Assembly: GCA_964016885.1 (NCBI GenBank)
Contig: OZ024742.1
Location: forward strand, 167,958,001 to 168,022,000
DNA from: Eledone cirrhosa
Lineage: Eukaryota
Direction of reading: 5' to 3'
Length of the DNA stretch: 64,000 bases
Positions 1 through 13,299 of this stretch are shown here, piece after piece. A program made the position numbers and the translations under genes. Below the pieces are notes generated by a model. It saw only the letters and a program-made list of their open reading frames with translations, was not told the DNA's origin and made no database searches. How positions within the stretch are numbered: position 1 is the stretch's first letter; each line of letters starts with the position of its first letter.

Positions 1-3000
1 AATTCCTAAAATTCCTAAAATTCCTAAAATTTATAAAATTCCTAAAATTACTAAAATTCGTAAAATTCCTAAAATTCCTAAAATTCCTAAAATTCCTCAA
101 ATTCCAAAAATTCATAAAATTAAAATTCCTAAAATTCAAAAAGTTCATAAAATTCCTAAGATTCCTAAAATTCCTAAAATTCCAAAAATTCATAAAATTC
201 ATAAAATTCATAAAATTCATAAACATTCATAAAATTCAAAAAATTCAAAAAAATTCCTAAAATTCCTAAAATTCTTAAAATTCCTAAAATTCCTAAAATT
301 CATAACATTTCTAAAATCCTTAAAATTCATAAAATTCATAAAATTCCCAAAATTCCTAAAATTCCTAAAATTCCTAAAATTCCTAAAATTCAAAAAATTC
401 ATAAAAATCCTAAAATTCCTAAAATTCATAAAATTCACAAAATTCATAACATTCATAAAATTCTTAAAATTCCTAAAAATTCATAAAATTCCGAAAATTC
501 CTAAGATTCCTAAAATTCCTAAAATTCCAAAAATTCATAAAATTCATAAAATTCATAAAATTCATAAAAATTCATAAAATTCAAAAAATTCATAAAAATT
601 CATAAAATTCAAAAAATTCAAAAAAATTCCTAAAATTCCTAAAATTCTTAAAATTCCTAAAATTCCTAAGATTCCTAAAATTCCTAAAATTCATAACATT
701 TCTAAAATCCTTAAAATTCATAAAATTCATAAAATTCCAAAAATTCCAAAAATTCATAAAAATCCTAAAATTCCTAAAATTCATAAAATTCACAAACTTC
801 ATAACATTAATAAAATTCCTAAAATTCCTAAAAATTCATAAAATTCCGAAAATTCAAAAAAATTCCTAAAATTCCTAAAATTCTTAAAATTCCTAAAATT
901 CCTAAAATTCCTAAAATTCCTAAAATTCCTAAAATTCCTAAAATTCCTAAAATTCCTAAAAATACATAAAATTCCGAAAATTCAAAAAAATTCCTCGAAA
1001 TTCCTAAAATTCTTAAAATTCATAAAATTCCTAAAAATACATAAAATTCCGAAAATTGAAAAAAATTCCTCAAAATTCCTAAAATTCCTAAAATTAATAA
1101 AATTCCTAAAATTCCTAAAATACATAAAAATTCCTAAAATTCCTAAAATTCCTAAAATTACTAAAATTCCTAAAATTCCTAAAATTCCTAAAATTCCTAA
1201 AACTCCAAAAATTCATAAAAGTCATAAAATTTATAAAATTCCTAAAATTACTAAAATTCGTAAAATTTTAAATTTCATAAAATTCATAAAATTAATAAAA
1301 TTCCTAAGATTCCTAAAATTCCTCAAATTTATAATTCATAAAATTCATAAAATTCATAAAATTCCTAAGATTCCTAAAATTCCTAAAATTTATAATTCAT
1401 AAAATTCCTAAATTTCATAAAATTTATAAAATTCCTAAAATTACTAAAATTTATAATTCATAAAATTCCTAAAATTCATAAAATTTATAAAATTCCTAAA
1501 ATTACTAAAATTCGTAAAATTCCTAAAATTCATAAAATTCCAGAAAATTCCTCAAATTCCAAAAATTCATAAAATTAATAAAATTCCTAAAATTCAAAAA
1601 GTTCATAAAATTCCTAAAATTCCTAAAATTCCTAAAATTCCAAAAATTCATAAAATTCATAAAATTCATAAAATACCTAAAAATTCATAAAATTCCAAGA
1701 AATTCAAAAAATTCCTAAAATTCATAAAATTCTTAAAATTCCTAAAATTCCTAAAATTCCTAAAATTCCAAAAGTTCCAAAAATTCCTAAAATTATTAAA
1801 ATTCCTAAAATTCATAAAATTCATAAAATTCATAAAATTCCTAAAATTCGTTAAATTCCTAAAATTCATAAAATTCCTAAAATTCATAAAATTCATAAAA
1901 TTCATAAAATTCATAAAAATTCAAAAAATTACGAAAATTCCAAAAAAATTACTAAAATTCCTAAAATTCAAGAAATTCAAAAAATTCCTAAAATTCTTGA
2001 ATTTCATAAAATTCCTAAAATTCCTAAAATTCCTAAGATTCCTAAAATTCTTAAAATTTATATAATTCATAAAATTCGGAAAATTTTTAAAAATTCATAA
2101 AATTCAAAAAATTGCTAAAATTCCAAAAATTCCTAAAATTCCTAAAATTCCGAAAATTCTTAAAATTCCTAAAATTCCTAAAATTCCAAAAATTCCTAAA
2201 ATTCATAAAATTCCTAAAATTCCTAAAATTCATAACATTTCTAATGTTCCTAAAATTCATAAAATTCCAAAAATTCCTAAAATTCGTAAAATTCCTAAAA
2301 TTCAAAAAATTCATAAAAATCCTAAAATTCAAAAAATTCATAAATATCCTAAAATTCATAAAATTCATAAAATTCATAAAATTCATAAAATTCCTAAAAT
2401 TCATAAAATTACTAAAATTCATAAAATTCATAGAAATTCATAAAATTTCGAAAATTCCTAAAATTCCTAAAAATTCATAAAATTCCGAAAATTCCAAAAA
2501 AATCCTAAAATTCCTAAAATTCCTAAAATTCCAAAAATTCATAAAATTCATAAAATTCTTAAAATTCCTAAAATTCCTAAAATTCCTAAAATTCCTAAAA
2601 TTCCTAAAATTCATAGAAATTCCTAAAATTCCTAAAATTCCTAAAATTCAAAAAATTCCTAAAATTCCTAAAATTCCTAAAATTCCTAAATTCCTAAAAT
2701 TCCTAAAATTTATAAAATTCATTTACTAAAATTAGTAAAATTTTAAATTTCATAAAATTCATAAAATTCATAAAATTCCTGAAAATTCATAAAATTACGA
2801 AAATTCGGAAAAATTCCTAAAATTACTAAAATTCAAAAAATTCAAAAAATTCCTAAGATTCATAAATTTCATAAAATTCATAAGATTCCTAAAATTCCTC
2901 AAATTTATATAATTCATAAAATTCCTAAAATTCCTAAAATTTATAAAATTCCTAAAATTACTAAAATTCGTAAAATTCGTAAAATTCATAAAATTCCTAA

Positions 3001-4028
3001 AATTCCTCAAATTCCAAAAATTCATAAAATTAAAATTCCAAAAATTCAAAAAGTTCATAAAATTCCTAAGATTCCTAAAATTCCTAAAATTCCAAAAATT
3101 CATAAAACTCATAAAATTCATAAAAATTCATAAAATTCCAAGAAATTCAAAAAAATCCTAAATTTCCTAAAATTCCTAAAATTCTTAAAATTCATAAAAT
3201 TCATAAAATTCCTAAAATTCTTAAAATTCATAAAATTCATAAAATTCCTAAAATTCTTAAAATTCTTAAAATTCATAAAATTCCTAAAATTCCTAAAATT
3301 CCCAAAATTCCAAAAATTCCTAAAATTCCTAAAATTATTAAAATTCATAAAATTCATAAAATTCATAAAATTCATAAAATCTATAAAATTCCTAAAATTC
3401 CTAAGATTCCTAAAATTCCTAAAATTTATATAATTCATAAAATTCCTAAAATTCCTAAAATTTATAAAATTCCTAAAATTACTAAAATTCGTAAAATTCG
3501 TAAAATTCATAAAATTCCTAAAATTCCTCAAATTCAAAAAAATTCATAAAATTAAAATTCCTAAAATTCAAAAAGTTCATAAAATTCCTAAGATTCTTAA
3601 AATTCCTAAAATTCCAAAAATTCCAAAAATTCATAAAATTCATAAAATTCATAAAAATTCATAAAATTCCAAGAAATTCAAAAAAATCCTAAATTTCCTA
3701 AAATTCCTAAAATTCTTAAAATTCCTAAAATTCCTAAAATTCCTAAATTCCTAAAATTCCTAAAATTCCTAAAACTCCAAAAATTCCTAAAATTCATAAA
3801 ATTCATAAAATTCATAAAATTCCTAAAATTCCTAAAATTCCTAAAATTCATAAAATTACTAAAATTCATAAAATTCCTAAAAATTCATAAAATTCCTAAA
3901 ATTCCTAAAATTCCAAAAATTCATAAAATTCATAAAATTCTTAAAATTTCTAAAATTCCTAAAATTCCTAAAATTCCTAAAATTCATAGACATTCCTAAA
4001 ATTCCTAAAATTCCTAAAATTCAAAAAA

Positions 4029-7000
4029 TTCCTAAAATTCCTAAAATTCCTAAAATTCCTAAATTCCTAAATTCCTAAAATTACTAAAATTCATAAAATT
4101 CATAAAATTTATAAAATTCCTAAAATTACTAAAATTCGTAAAATTTTAAATTTCATAAAATTCATAAAATTCATAAAATTCCTAAGATTCCTAAAATTCC
4201 TAAAATTTATAATTCATAAAATTCATAAAATTCATAAAATTCCTAAGATTCCTAAAATTCCTAAAATTTATAATTCATAAAATTCCTAAATTTCATAAAA
4301 TTTATAAAATTCCTAAAATTACTAAAATTTATAATTCATAAAATTCATAAAATTCATAAAATTTATAAAATTCCTAAAATTACTAAAATTCGTAAAATTC
4401 CTAAAATTCATAAAATTCCAGAAAATTCCTCAAATTCCAAAAATTCATAAAATTAATAAAATTCCTAAAATTCAAAAAGTTCATAAAATTCCTAAAATTC
4501 CTAAAATTCCTAAAATTCCAAAAATTTCATAAAATTCATAAAATTCATAAAATACCTAAAAATTCATAAAATTCCAAGAAATTCAAAAAATTCCTAAAAT
4601 TCATAAAATTCTTAAAATTCCTAAAATTCCTAAAATTCCTAAAATTTCAAAAGTTCCAAAAATTCCTAAAATTATTAAAATTCCTAAAATTCATAAAATT
4701 CCTAAAATTCATAAAATTCCTAAAATTCATTAAATTCCTAAAATTCATAAAATTCCTAAAATTCATAAAATTCATAAAATTCATAAAATTCATAAATATT
4801 CAAAAAATTACGAAAATTCCAAAAAAATTACTAAAATTCCTAAAATTCAAGAAATTCAAAAAATTCCTAAAATTCTTGAATTTCATAAAATTCCTAAAAT
4901 TTACTAAAATTCCTAAGATTCCTAAAATTCCTAAAATTTATATAATTCATAAAATTCGGAAAATTTTTAAAAATTCATAAAATTCAAAAAATTCCTAAAA
5001 TTCCAAAAATTCCTAAAATTACTAAAATTCCGAAAATTCTTAAAATTCCTAAAATTCCTAAAATTCCTAAAATTCCTAAAATTCCAAAAATTCCTAAAAT
5101 TCATAAAATTCCTAAAATTCCTAAAATTCATAACATTTCTAATGTTCCTAAAATTCATAAAATTCCAAAAATTCCTAAAATTCCTAAAATTCCTAAAATT
5201 CAAAAAATTCATAAAAATCCTAAAATTCAAAAAATTCATAAAAATCCTAAAATTCATAAAATTCATAAAATTCATAAAGTTCATAAAATTCCTAAGATTC
5301 TTAAAATTTCTAAAATTCCAAAAATTCCAAAAATTCATAAAATTCATAAAATTCATAAAAATTCATAAAATTCCAAGAAATTCAAAAAAATCCTAAATTT
5401 CCTAAAATTCCTAAAATTCTTAAAATTCCTAAAATTCCTAAAATTCCTAAATTCCTAAAATTCCTAAAATTCCTAAAACTCCAAAAATTCATAAAATTCA
5501 TAAAATTCATAAAATTCATAAAATTCATAAAATTCCTAAAATTCCTAAAATTCATAAAATTACTAAAATTCATAAAATTCCTAAAAATTCATAAAATTCC
5601 TAAAATTCCTAAAATTCCAAAAATTCATAAAATTCATAAAATTCTTAAAATTTCTAAAATTCCTAAAATTCCTAAAATTCCTAAAATTCATAGACATTCC
5701 TAAAATTCCTAAAATTCCTAAAATTCAAAAAATTCCTAAAATTCCTAAAATTCCTAAAATTCCTAAATTCCTAAATTCCTAAAATTACTAAAATTCCTAA
5801 GATTCCTAAAATTCCTAAAATTTATAATTCATAAAATTCATAAAATTCATAAAATTCCTAAGATTCCTAAAATTCCTAAAATTTATAATTCATAAAATTC
5901 CTAAATTTCATAAAATTTATAAAATTCCTAAAATTACTAAAATTTATAATTCATAAAATTCATAAAATTCATAAAATTTATAAAATTCCTAAAATTACTA
6001 AAATTCGTAAAATTCCTAAAATTCATAAAATTCCTAAAATTCCTAAAATTCCTAAAATTCCTAAATTCCTAAATTCCTAAAATTACTAAAATTCATAAAA
6101 TTCATAAAATTTATAAAATTCCTAAAATTACTAAAATTCGTAAAATTTTAAATTTCATAAAATTCATAAAATTCATAAAATTCCTAAGATTCCTAAAATT
6201 CCTAAAATTTATAATTCATAAAATTCATAAAATTCATAAAATTCCTAAGATTCCTAAAATTCCTAAAATTTATAATTCATAAAATTCCTAAATTTCATAA
6301 AATTTATAAAATTCCTAAAATTACTAAAATTTATAATTCATAAAATTCATAAAATTCATAAAATTTATAAAATTCCTAAAATTACTAAAATTCGTAAAAT
6401 TCCTAAAATTCATAAAATTCCAGAAAATTCCTCAAATTCCAAAAATTCATAAAATTAATAAAATTCCTAAAATTCAAAAAGTTCATAAAATTCCTAAAAT
6501 TCCTAAAATTCCTAAAATTCCAAAAATTTCATAAAATTCATAAAATTCATAAAATACCTAAAAATTCATAAAATTCCAAGAAATTCAAAAAATTCCTAAA
6601 ATTCATAAAATTCTTAAAATTCCTAAAATTCCTAAAATTCCTAAAATTTCAAAAGTTCCAAAAATTCCTAAAATTATTAAAATTCCTAAAATTCATAAAA
6701 TTCCTAAAATTCATAAAATTCCTAAAATTCATTAAATTCCTAAAATTCATAAAATTCCTAAAATTCATAAAATTCATAAAATTCATAAAATTCATAAATA
6801 TTCAAAAAATTACGAAAATTCCAAAAAAATTACTAAAATTCCTAAAATTCAAGAAATTCAAAAAATTCCTAAAATTCTTGAATTTCATAAAATTCCTAAA
6901 ATTTACTAAAATTCCTAAGATTCCTAAAATTCCTAAAATTTATATAATTCATAAAATTCGGAAAATTTTTAAAAATTCATAAAATTCAAAAAATTCCTAA

Positions 7001-10000
7001 AATTCCAAAAATTCCTAAAATTACTAAAATTCCGAAAATTCTTAAAATTCCTAAAATTCCTAAAATTCCTAAAATTCCTAAAATTCCAAAAATTCCTAAA
7101 ATTCATAAAATTCCTAAAATTCCTAAAATTCATAACATTTCTAATGTTCCTAAAATTCATAAAATTCCAAAAATTCCTAAAATTCCTAAAATTCCTAAAA
7201 TTCAAAAAATTCATAAAAATCCTAAAATTCAAAAAATTCATAAAAATCCTAAAATTCATAAAATTCATAAAATTCATAAAGTTCATAAAATTCCTAAGAT
7301 TCTTAAAATTTCTAAAATTCCAAAAATTCCAAAAATTCATAAAATTCATAAAATTCATAAAAATTCATAAAATTCCAAGAAATTCAAAAAAATCCTAAAT
7401 TTCCTAAAATTCCTAAAATTCTTAAAATTCCTAAAATTCCTAAAATTCCTAAATTCCTAAAATTCCTAAAATTCCTAAAACTCCAAAAATTCATAAAATT
7501 CATAAAATTCATAAAATTCATAAAATTCATAAAATTCATAAAATTCATAAAATTCCTAAAATTCCTAAAATTCATAAAATTACTAAAATTCATAAAATTC
7601 CTAAAAATTCATAAAATTCCTAAAATTCCTAAAATTCCAAAAATTCATAAAATTCATAAAATTCTTAAAATTTCTAAAATTCCTAAAATTCCTAAAATTC
7701 CTAAAATTCATAGACATTCCTAAAATTCCTAAAATTCCTAAAATTCAAAAAATTCCTAAAATTCCTAAAATTCCTAAAATTCCTAAATTCCTAAATTCCT
7801 AAAATTACTAAAATTCCTAAGATTCCTAAAATTCCTAAAATTTATAATTCATAAAATTCATAAAATTCATAAAATTCCTAAGATTCCTAAAATTCCTAAA
7901 ATTTATAATTCATAAAATTCCTAAATTTCATAAAATTTATAAAATTCCTAAAATTACTAAAATTTATAATTCATAAAATTCATAAAATTCATAAAATTTA
8001 TAAAATTCCTAAAATTACTAAAATTCGTAAAATTCCTAAAATTCATAAAATTCCTAAAATTCCTAAAATTCCTAAAATTCCTAAATTCCTAAATTCCTAA
8101 AATTACTAAAATTCATAAAATTCATAAAATTTATAAAATTCCTAAAATTACTAAAATTCGTAAAATTTTAAATTTCATAAAATTCATAAAATTCATAAAA
8201 TTCCTAAGATTCCTAAAATTCCTAAAATTTATAATTCATAAAATTCATAAAATTCATAAAATTCCTAAGATTCCTAAAATTCCTAAAATTTATAATTCAT
8301 AAAATTCCTAAATTTCATAAAATTTATAAAATTCCTAAAATTACTAAAATTTATAATTCATAAAATTCATAAAATTCATAAAATTTATAAAATTCCTAAA
8401 ATTACTAAAATTCGTAAAATTCCTAAAATTCATAAAATTCCAGAAAATTCCTCAAATTCCAAAAATTCATAAAATTAATAAAATTCCTAAAATTCAAAAA
8501 GTTCATAAAATTCCTAAAATTCCTAAAATTCCTAAAATTCCAAAAATTTCATAAAATTCATAAAATTCATAAAATACCTAAAAATTCATAAAATTCCAAG
8601 AAATTCAAAAAATTCCTAAAATTCATAAAATTCTTAAAATTCCTAAAATTCCTAAAATTCCTAAAATTTCAAAAGTTCCAAAAATTCCTAAAATTATTAA
8701 AATTCCTAAAATTCATAAAATTCCTAAAATTCATAAAATTCCTAAAATTCATTAAATTCCTAAAATTCATAAAATTCCTAAAATTCCTAAAATTCATAAA
8801 ATTCATAAAATTCATAAATATTCAAAAAATTACGAAAATTCCAAAAAAATTACTAAAATTCCTAAAATTCAAGAAATTCAAAAAATTCCTAAAATTCTTG
8901 AATTTCATAAAATTCCTAAAATTTACTAAAATTCCTAAGATTCCTAAAATTCCTAAAATTTATATAATTCATAAAATTCGGAAAATTTTTAAAAATTCAT
9001 AAAATTCAAAAAATTCCTAAAATTCCAAAAATTCCTAAAATTACTAAAATTCCGAAAATTCTTAAAATTCCTAAAATTCCTAAAATTCCTAAAATTCCTA
9101 AAATTCCAAAAATTCCTAAAATTCATAAAATTCCTAAAATTCCTAAAATTCATAACATTTCTAATGTTCCTAAAATTCATAAAATTCCAAAAATTCCTAA
9201 AATTCCTAAAATTCCTAAAATTCAAAAAATTCATAAAAATCCTAAAATTCAAAAAATTCATAAAAATCCTAAAATTCATAAAATTCATAAAATTCATAAA
9301 GTTCATAAAATTCCTAAGATTCTTAAAATTTCTAAAATTCCAAAAATTCCAAAAATTCATAAAATTCATAAAATTCATAAAAATTCATAAAATTCCAAGA
9401 AATTCAAAAAAATCCTAAATTTCCTAAAATTCCTAAAATTCTTAAAATTCCTAAAATTCCTAAAATTCCTAAATTCCTAAAATTCCTAAAATTCCTAAAA
9501 CTCCAAAAATTCATAAAATTCATAAAATTCATAAAATTCATAAAATTCATAAAATTCCTAAAATTCCTAAAATTCATAAAATTACTAAAATTCATAAAAT
9601 TCCTAAAAATTCATAAAATTCCTAAAATTCATAAAATTCCAAAAATTCATAAAATTCATAAAATTCTTAAAATTTCTAAAATTCCTAAAATTCCTAAAAT
9701 TCCTAAAATTCATAGACATTCCTAAAATTCCTAAAATTCCTAAAATTCAAAAAATTCCTAAAATTCCTAAAATTCCTAAAATTCCTAAATTCCTAAATTC
9801 CTAAAATTACTAAAATTCCTAAGATTCCTAAAATTCCTAAAATTTATAATTCATAAAATTCATAAAATTCATAAAATTCCTAAGATTCCTAAAATTCCTA
9901 AAATTTATAATTCATAAAATTCCTAAATTTCATAAAATTTATAAAATTCCTAAAATTACTAAAATTTATAATTCATAAAATTCATAAAATTCATAAAATT

Positions 10001-10055
10001 TATAAAATTCCTAAAATTACTAAAATTCGTAAAATTCCTAAAATTCATAAAATTC
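4029..10055. repeat. Three-copy ~2.0-kb higher-order repeat within the 9-bp array (~4029-6030, 6031-8050, 8051-10055)
   Basis: Diagnostic word AAAATTCGGAAAATTTTTAAAAA at 4951, 6953, 8973. Identical pseudo-ORFs at 4967, 6969, 8989. Offsets 2002 and 2020; the 18-bp difference equals two extra AAAATTCAT units near 7500. Confidence 0.92.
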
Positions 10056-13000
10056 CAGAAAATTCCTCAAATTCCAAAAATTCATAAAATTAATAAAATT
10101 CCTAAAATTCAAAAAGTTCATAAAATTCCTAAAATTCCTAAAATTCCTAAAATTCCAAAAATTCATAAAATTCATAAAATTCAAAAAATACCTAAAAATT
10201 CATAAAATTCCAAGAAATTCAAAAAATTCCTAAAATTCATAAAATTCTTAAAATTCCTAAAATTCCTAAAATTCCTAAAATTTCAAAAGTTCCAAAAATT
10301 CCTAAAATTATTAAAATTCCTAAAATTCATAAAATTCATAAAATTCATAAAATTCCGAAAATTCATTAAATTCCTAAAATTCATAAAATTCCTAAAATTC
10401 ATAAAATTCATAAAATTCATAAAATTCATAAATATTCAAAAAATTACGAAAATTCCAAAAAAATTACTAAAATTCCTAAAATTCAAGAAATTCAAAAAAT
10501 TCCTAAAATTCTTGAATTTCATAAAATTCCTAAAATTCCTAAAATTCCTAAGATTCCTAAAATTCCTAAAATTTATATAATTCATAAAATTCGGAAAATT
10601 TTTAAAAATTCATAAAATTCAAAAAATTCCTAAAATTCCAAAAATTCCTAAAATTACTAAAATTCCGAAAATTCTTAAAATTCCTAAAATTCCTAAAATT
10701 CATAAAATTACTAAAATTCATAAAATTCCTAAAAATTCATAAAATTCCGAAAATTCCTAAAATTCCTAAAAATTCATAATATTCCGAAAATTCCAAAAAA
10801 ATCCTAAAATTCCTAAAATTCCTAAAATTCCAAAAATTCATAAAATTCCTAAAATTCTTAAAATTCCTAAAATTCCTCAAATTCCTAAAATTCCTAAAAT
10901 TCCTAAAATTCATAGAAATTCCTAAAATTCCTAAAATTCCTAAAATTCAAAAAATTCCTAAAATTCCAAAAATTCCTAAAATTCCTAAATTCCTAAAATT
11001 CCTAAAATTTATAAAATTCATAAAATTACTAAAATTAGTAAAATTTTAAATTTCATAAAATTCATAAAATTCATAAAATTCCTAAAAATTCATAAAATTA
11101 CGAAAATTCGGAAAATTCCTAAAATTACTAAAATTCAAAAAATTCAAAAAATTCCTAAGATTCTTAAATTTCATAGAATTCATAAAATTCATAAAATTCA
11201 TAAGATTCCTAAAATTCCTCAAATTTATATAATTCATAAAATTCCTAAAATTCCTAAAATTTATAAAATTCCTAAAATTACTAAAATTCGTAAAATTCCT
11301 AAAATTAATAAAATTAAAATTCCTAAAATTCAAAAAGTTCATAAAATTCCTAAGATTCCTAAAATTCCTAAAATTCCAAAAATTCGTAAAATTCATAAAA
11401 TTCATAAAAATTCATAAAATTCCAAGAAATTCAAAAAAATCCTAAATTTCCTAAAATTCCTAAAATTCTTAAAATTCATAAAATTCATAAAATTCCTAAA
11501 ATTCTTAAAATTCTGAAAATTCCTAAAATTCCTAAAATTCCTAAAATTCCCAAAATTCCAAAAATTCCTGAAATCCCTAAAATTATTAAAATTCCTAAAA
11601 TTCCTAAAATTCCTAAAATTCATAAAATCTAAAAAATTCCTAAAATTCCTAAGATTCCTAAAATTCCTAAAATTTATATAATTCATAAAATTCCTAAAAT
11701 TCCTAAAATTTATAAAATTCCTAAAATTACTAAAATTCGTAAAATTCCTAAAATTCATAAAATTCCTAAAATTCCTCAAATTCAAAAAAATTCCTAAATT
11801 AAAATTCCTAAAATTCAAAAAGTTCATAAAATTCCTAAGATTCTTAAAATTCCTAAAATTCCAAAAATTCATAAAATTCATAAAATTCCTAAAATTCATA
11901 AAATTCACAAACTTCATAACATTAATAAAATTCCTAAAATTCCTAAAAATTCATAAAATTCCGAAAATTCAAAAAAATTCCTAAAATTCCTAAAATTCTT
12001 AAAATTCCTAAAATTCCTAAAATTCCTAAAATTCCTAAAATTCCTAAAATTCCTAAAATTCCTAAAATTCCTAAAAATACATAAAATTCCGAAAATTCAA
12101 AAAAATTCCTCGAAATTCCTAAAATTCTTAAAATTCATAAAATTCCTAAAAATACATAAAATTCCGAAAATTGAAAAAAATTCCTCAAAATTCCTAAAAT
12201 TCCTAAAATTAATGAAATTCCTAAAATTCATAAAATTAATAAAATTCCTAAAATTCCTAAAATACATAAAAATTCCTAAAATTCCTAAAATTCCTAAAAT
12301 TCCTAAAATTCCTAAAATTCCTAAAATTCCTAAAATTCCTAAAACTCATAAAATTCATAAAATTCATAAAATTCATACAATTCATAAAATTCATAAAATT
12401 CATAAAATTCATAAAATTCCAAAAATTCCAAAAATTCCTATAATTCCTAAAATTATTAAAATTCCTAAAATTCCTAAAATTCCTAAAATTCCTAAAATTC
12501 CTAAAATTCCTAAAATTCCCAAAATTCCAAAAATTCCTAAAATTCCTAAAATTACTAAAATTCATAAAATTCATAAAATTCATAAAATTCATAAAATTCA
12601 TAAAATTCCTAAAATTCATAAAATTCCTAAAATTCCTAAAATTCATAAAATTCATAAAATTCCTAAAAATTCAAAAAATTACGAAAATTCCAGAAAAATT
12701 ACTAAAATTCCTAAAATTCAAGAAATTCAAAAAATTCCTAAAATTCTTGAATTTCATAAAATTCCTAAAATTCCTAAAATTCCTAAGATTCCTAAAATTC
12801 ATAAAATTTATATAATTCATAATATTCAGAAAATTCCTAAAATATCATAAAATTCATAAAATTCATAAAATTCCTAAAAATTCCAAAAATTCCAAGAAAT
12901 TCAAAAAATTCCTTAAATTCCAAAAATTCCTAAAATTACTAAAATTCCGAAAATTCTTAAAATTCCTAAAATTCCTAAAATTCCTAAAATTCCAAAAATT

Positions 13001-13299
13001 CCTAAAATTCATAAAATTCATAAAATTCATAAAATTCCTAAAATTCATAACATTTCTAATGTTCCTAAAATTCATAAAATTCCAAAAATTCCTAAAATTC
13101 CTAAAATTCCTAAAATTCAAAAAATTCATAAAAGTCCTAAAATTCCAAAAAATTCCTAAATTCCTAAAATTCCTAAAATTCCAAAAATTCATAAAATTGA
13201 TAAAATTCTTAAAATTCCTAAAATTACTAAAATTCCTAAAATTCCTAAATTCCTAAAATTCATAGAAATTCCTAAAATTCCTAAAATTTTCTAAAATTC

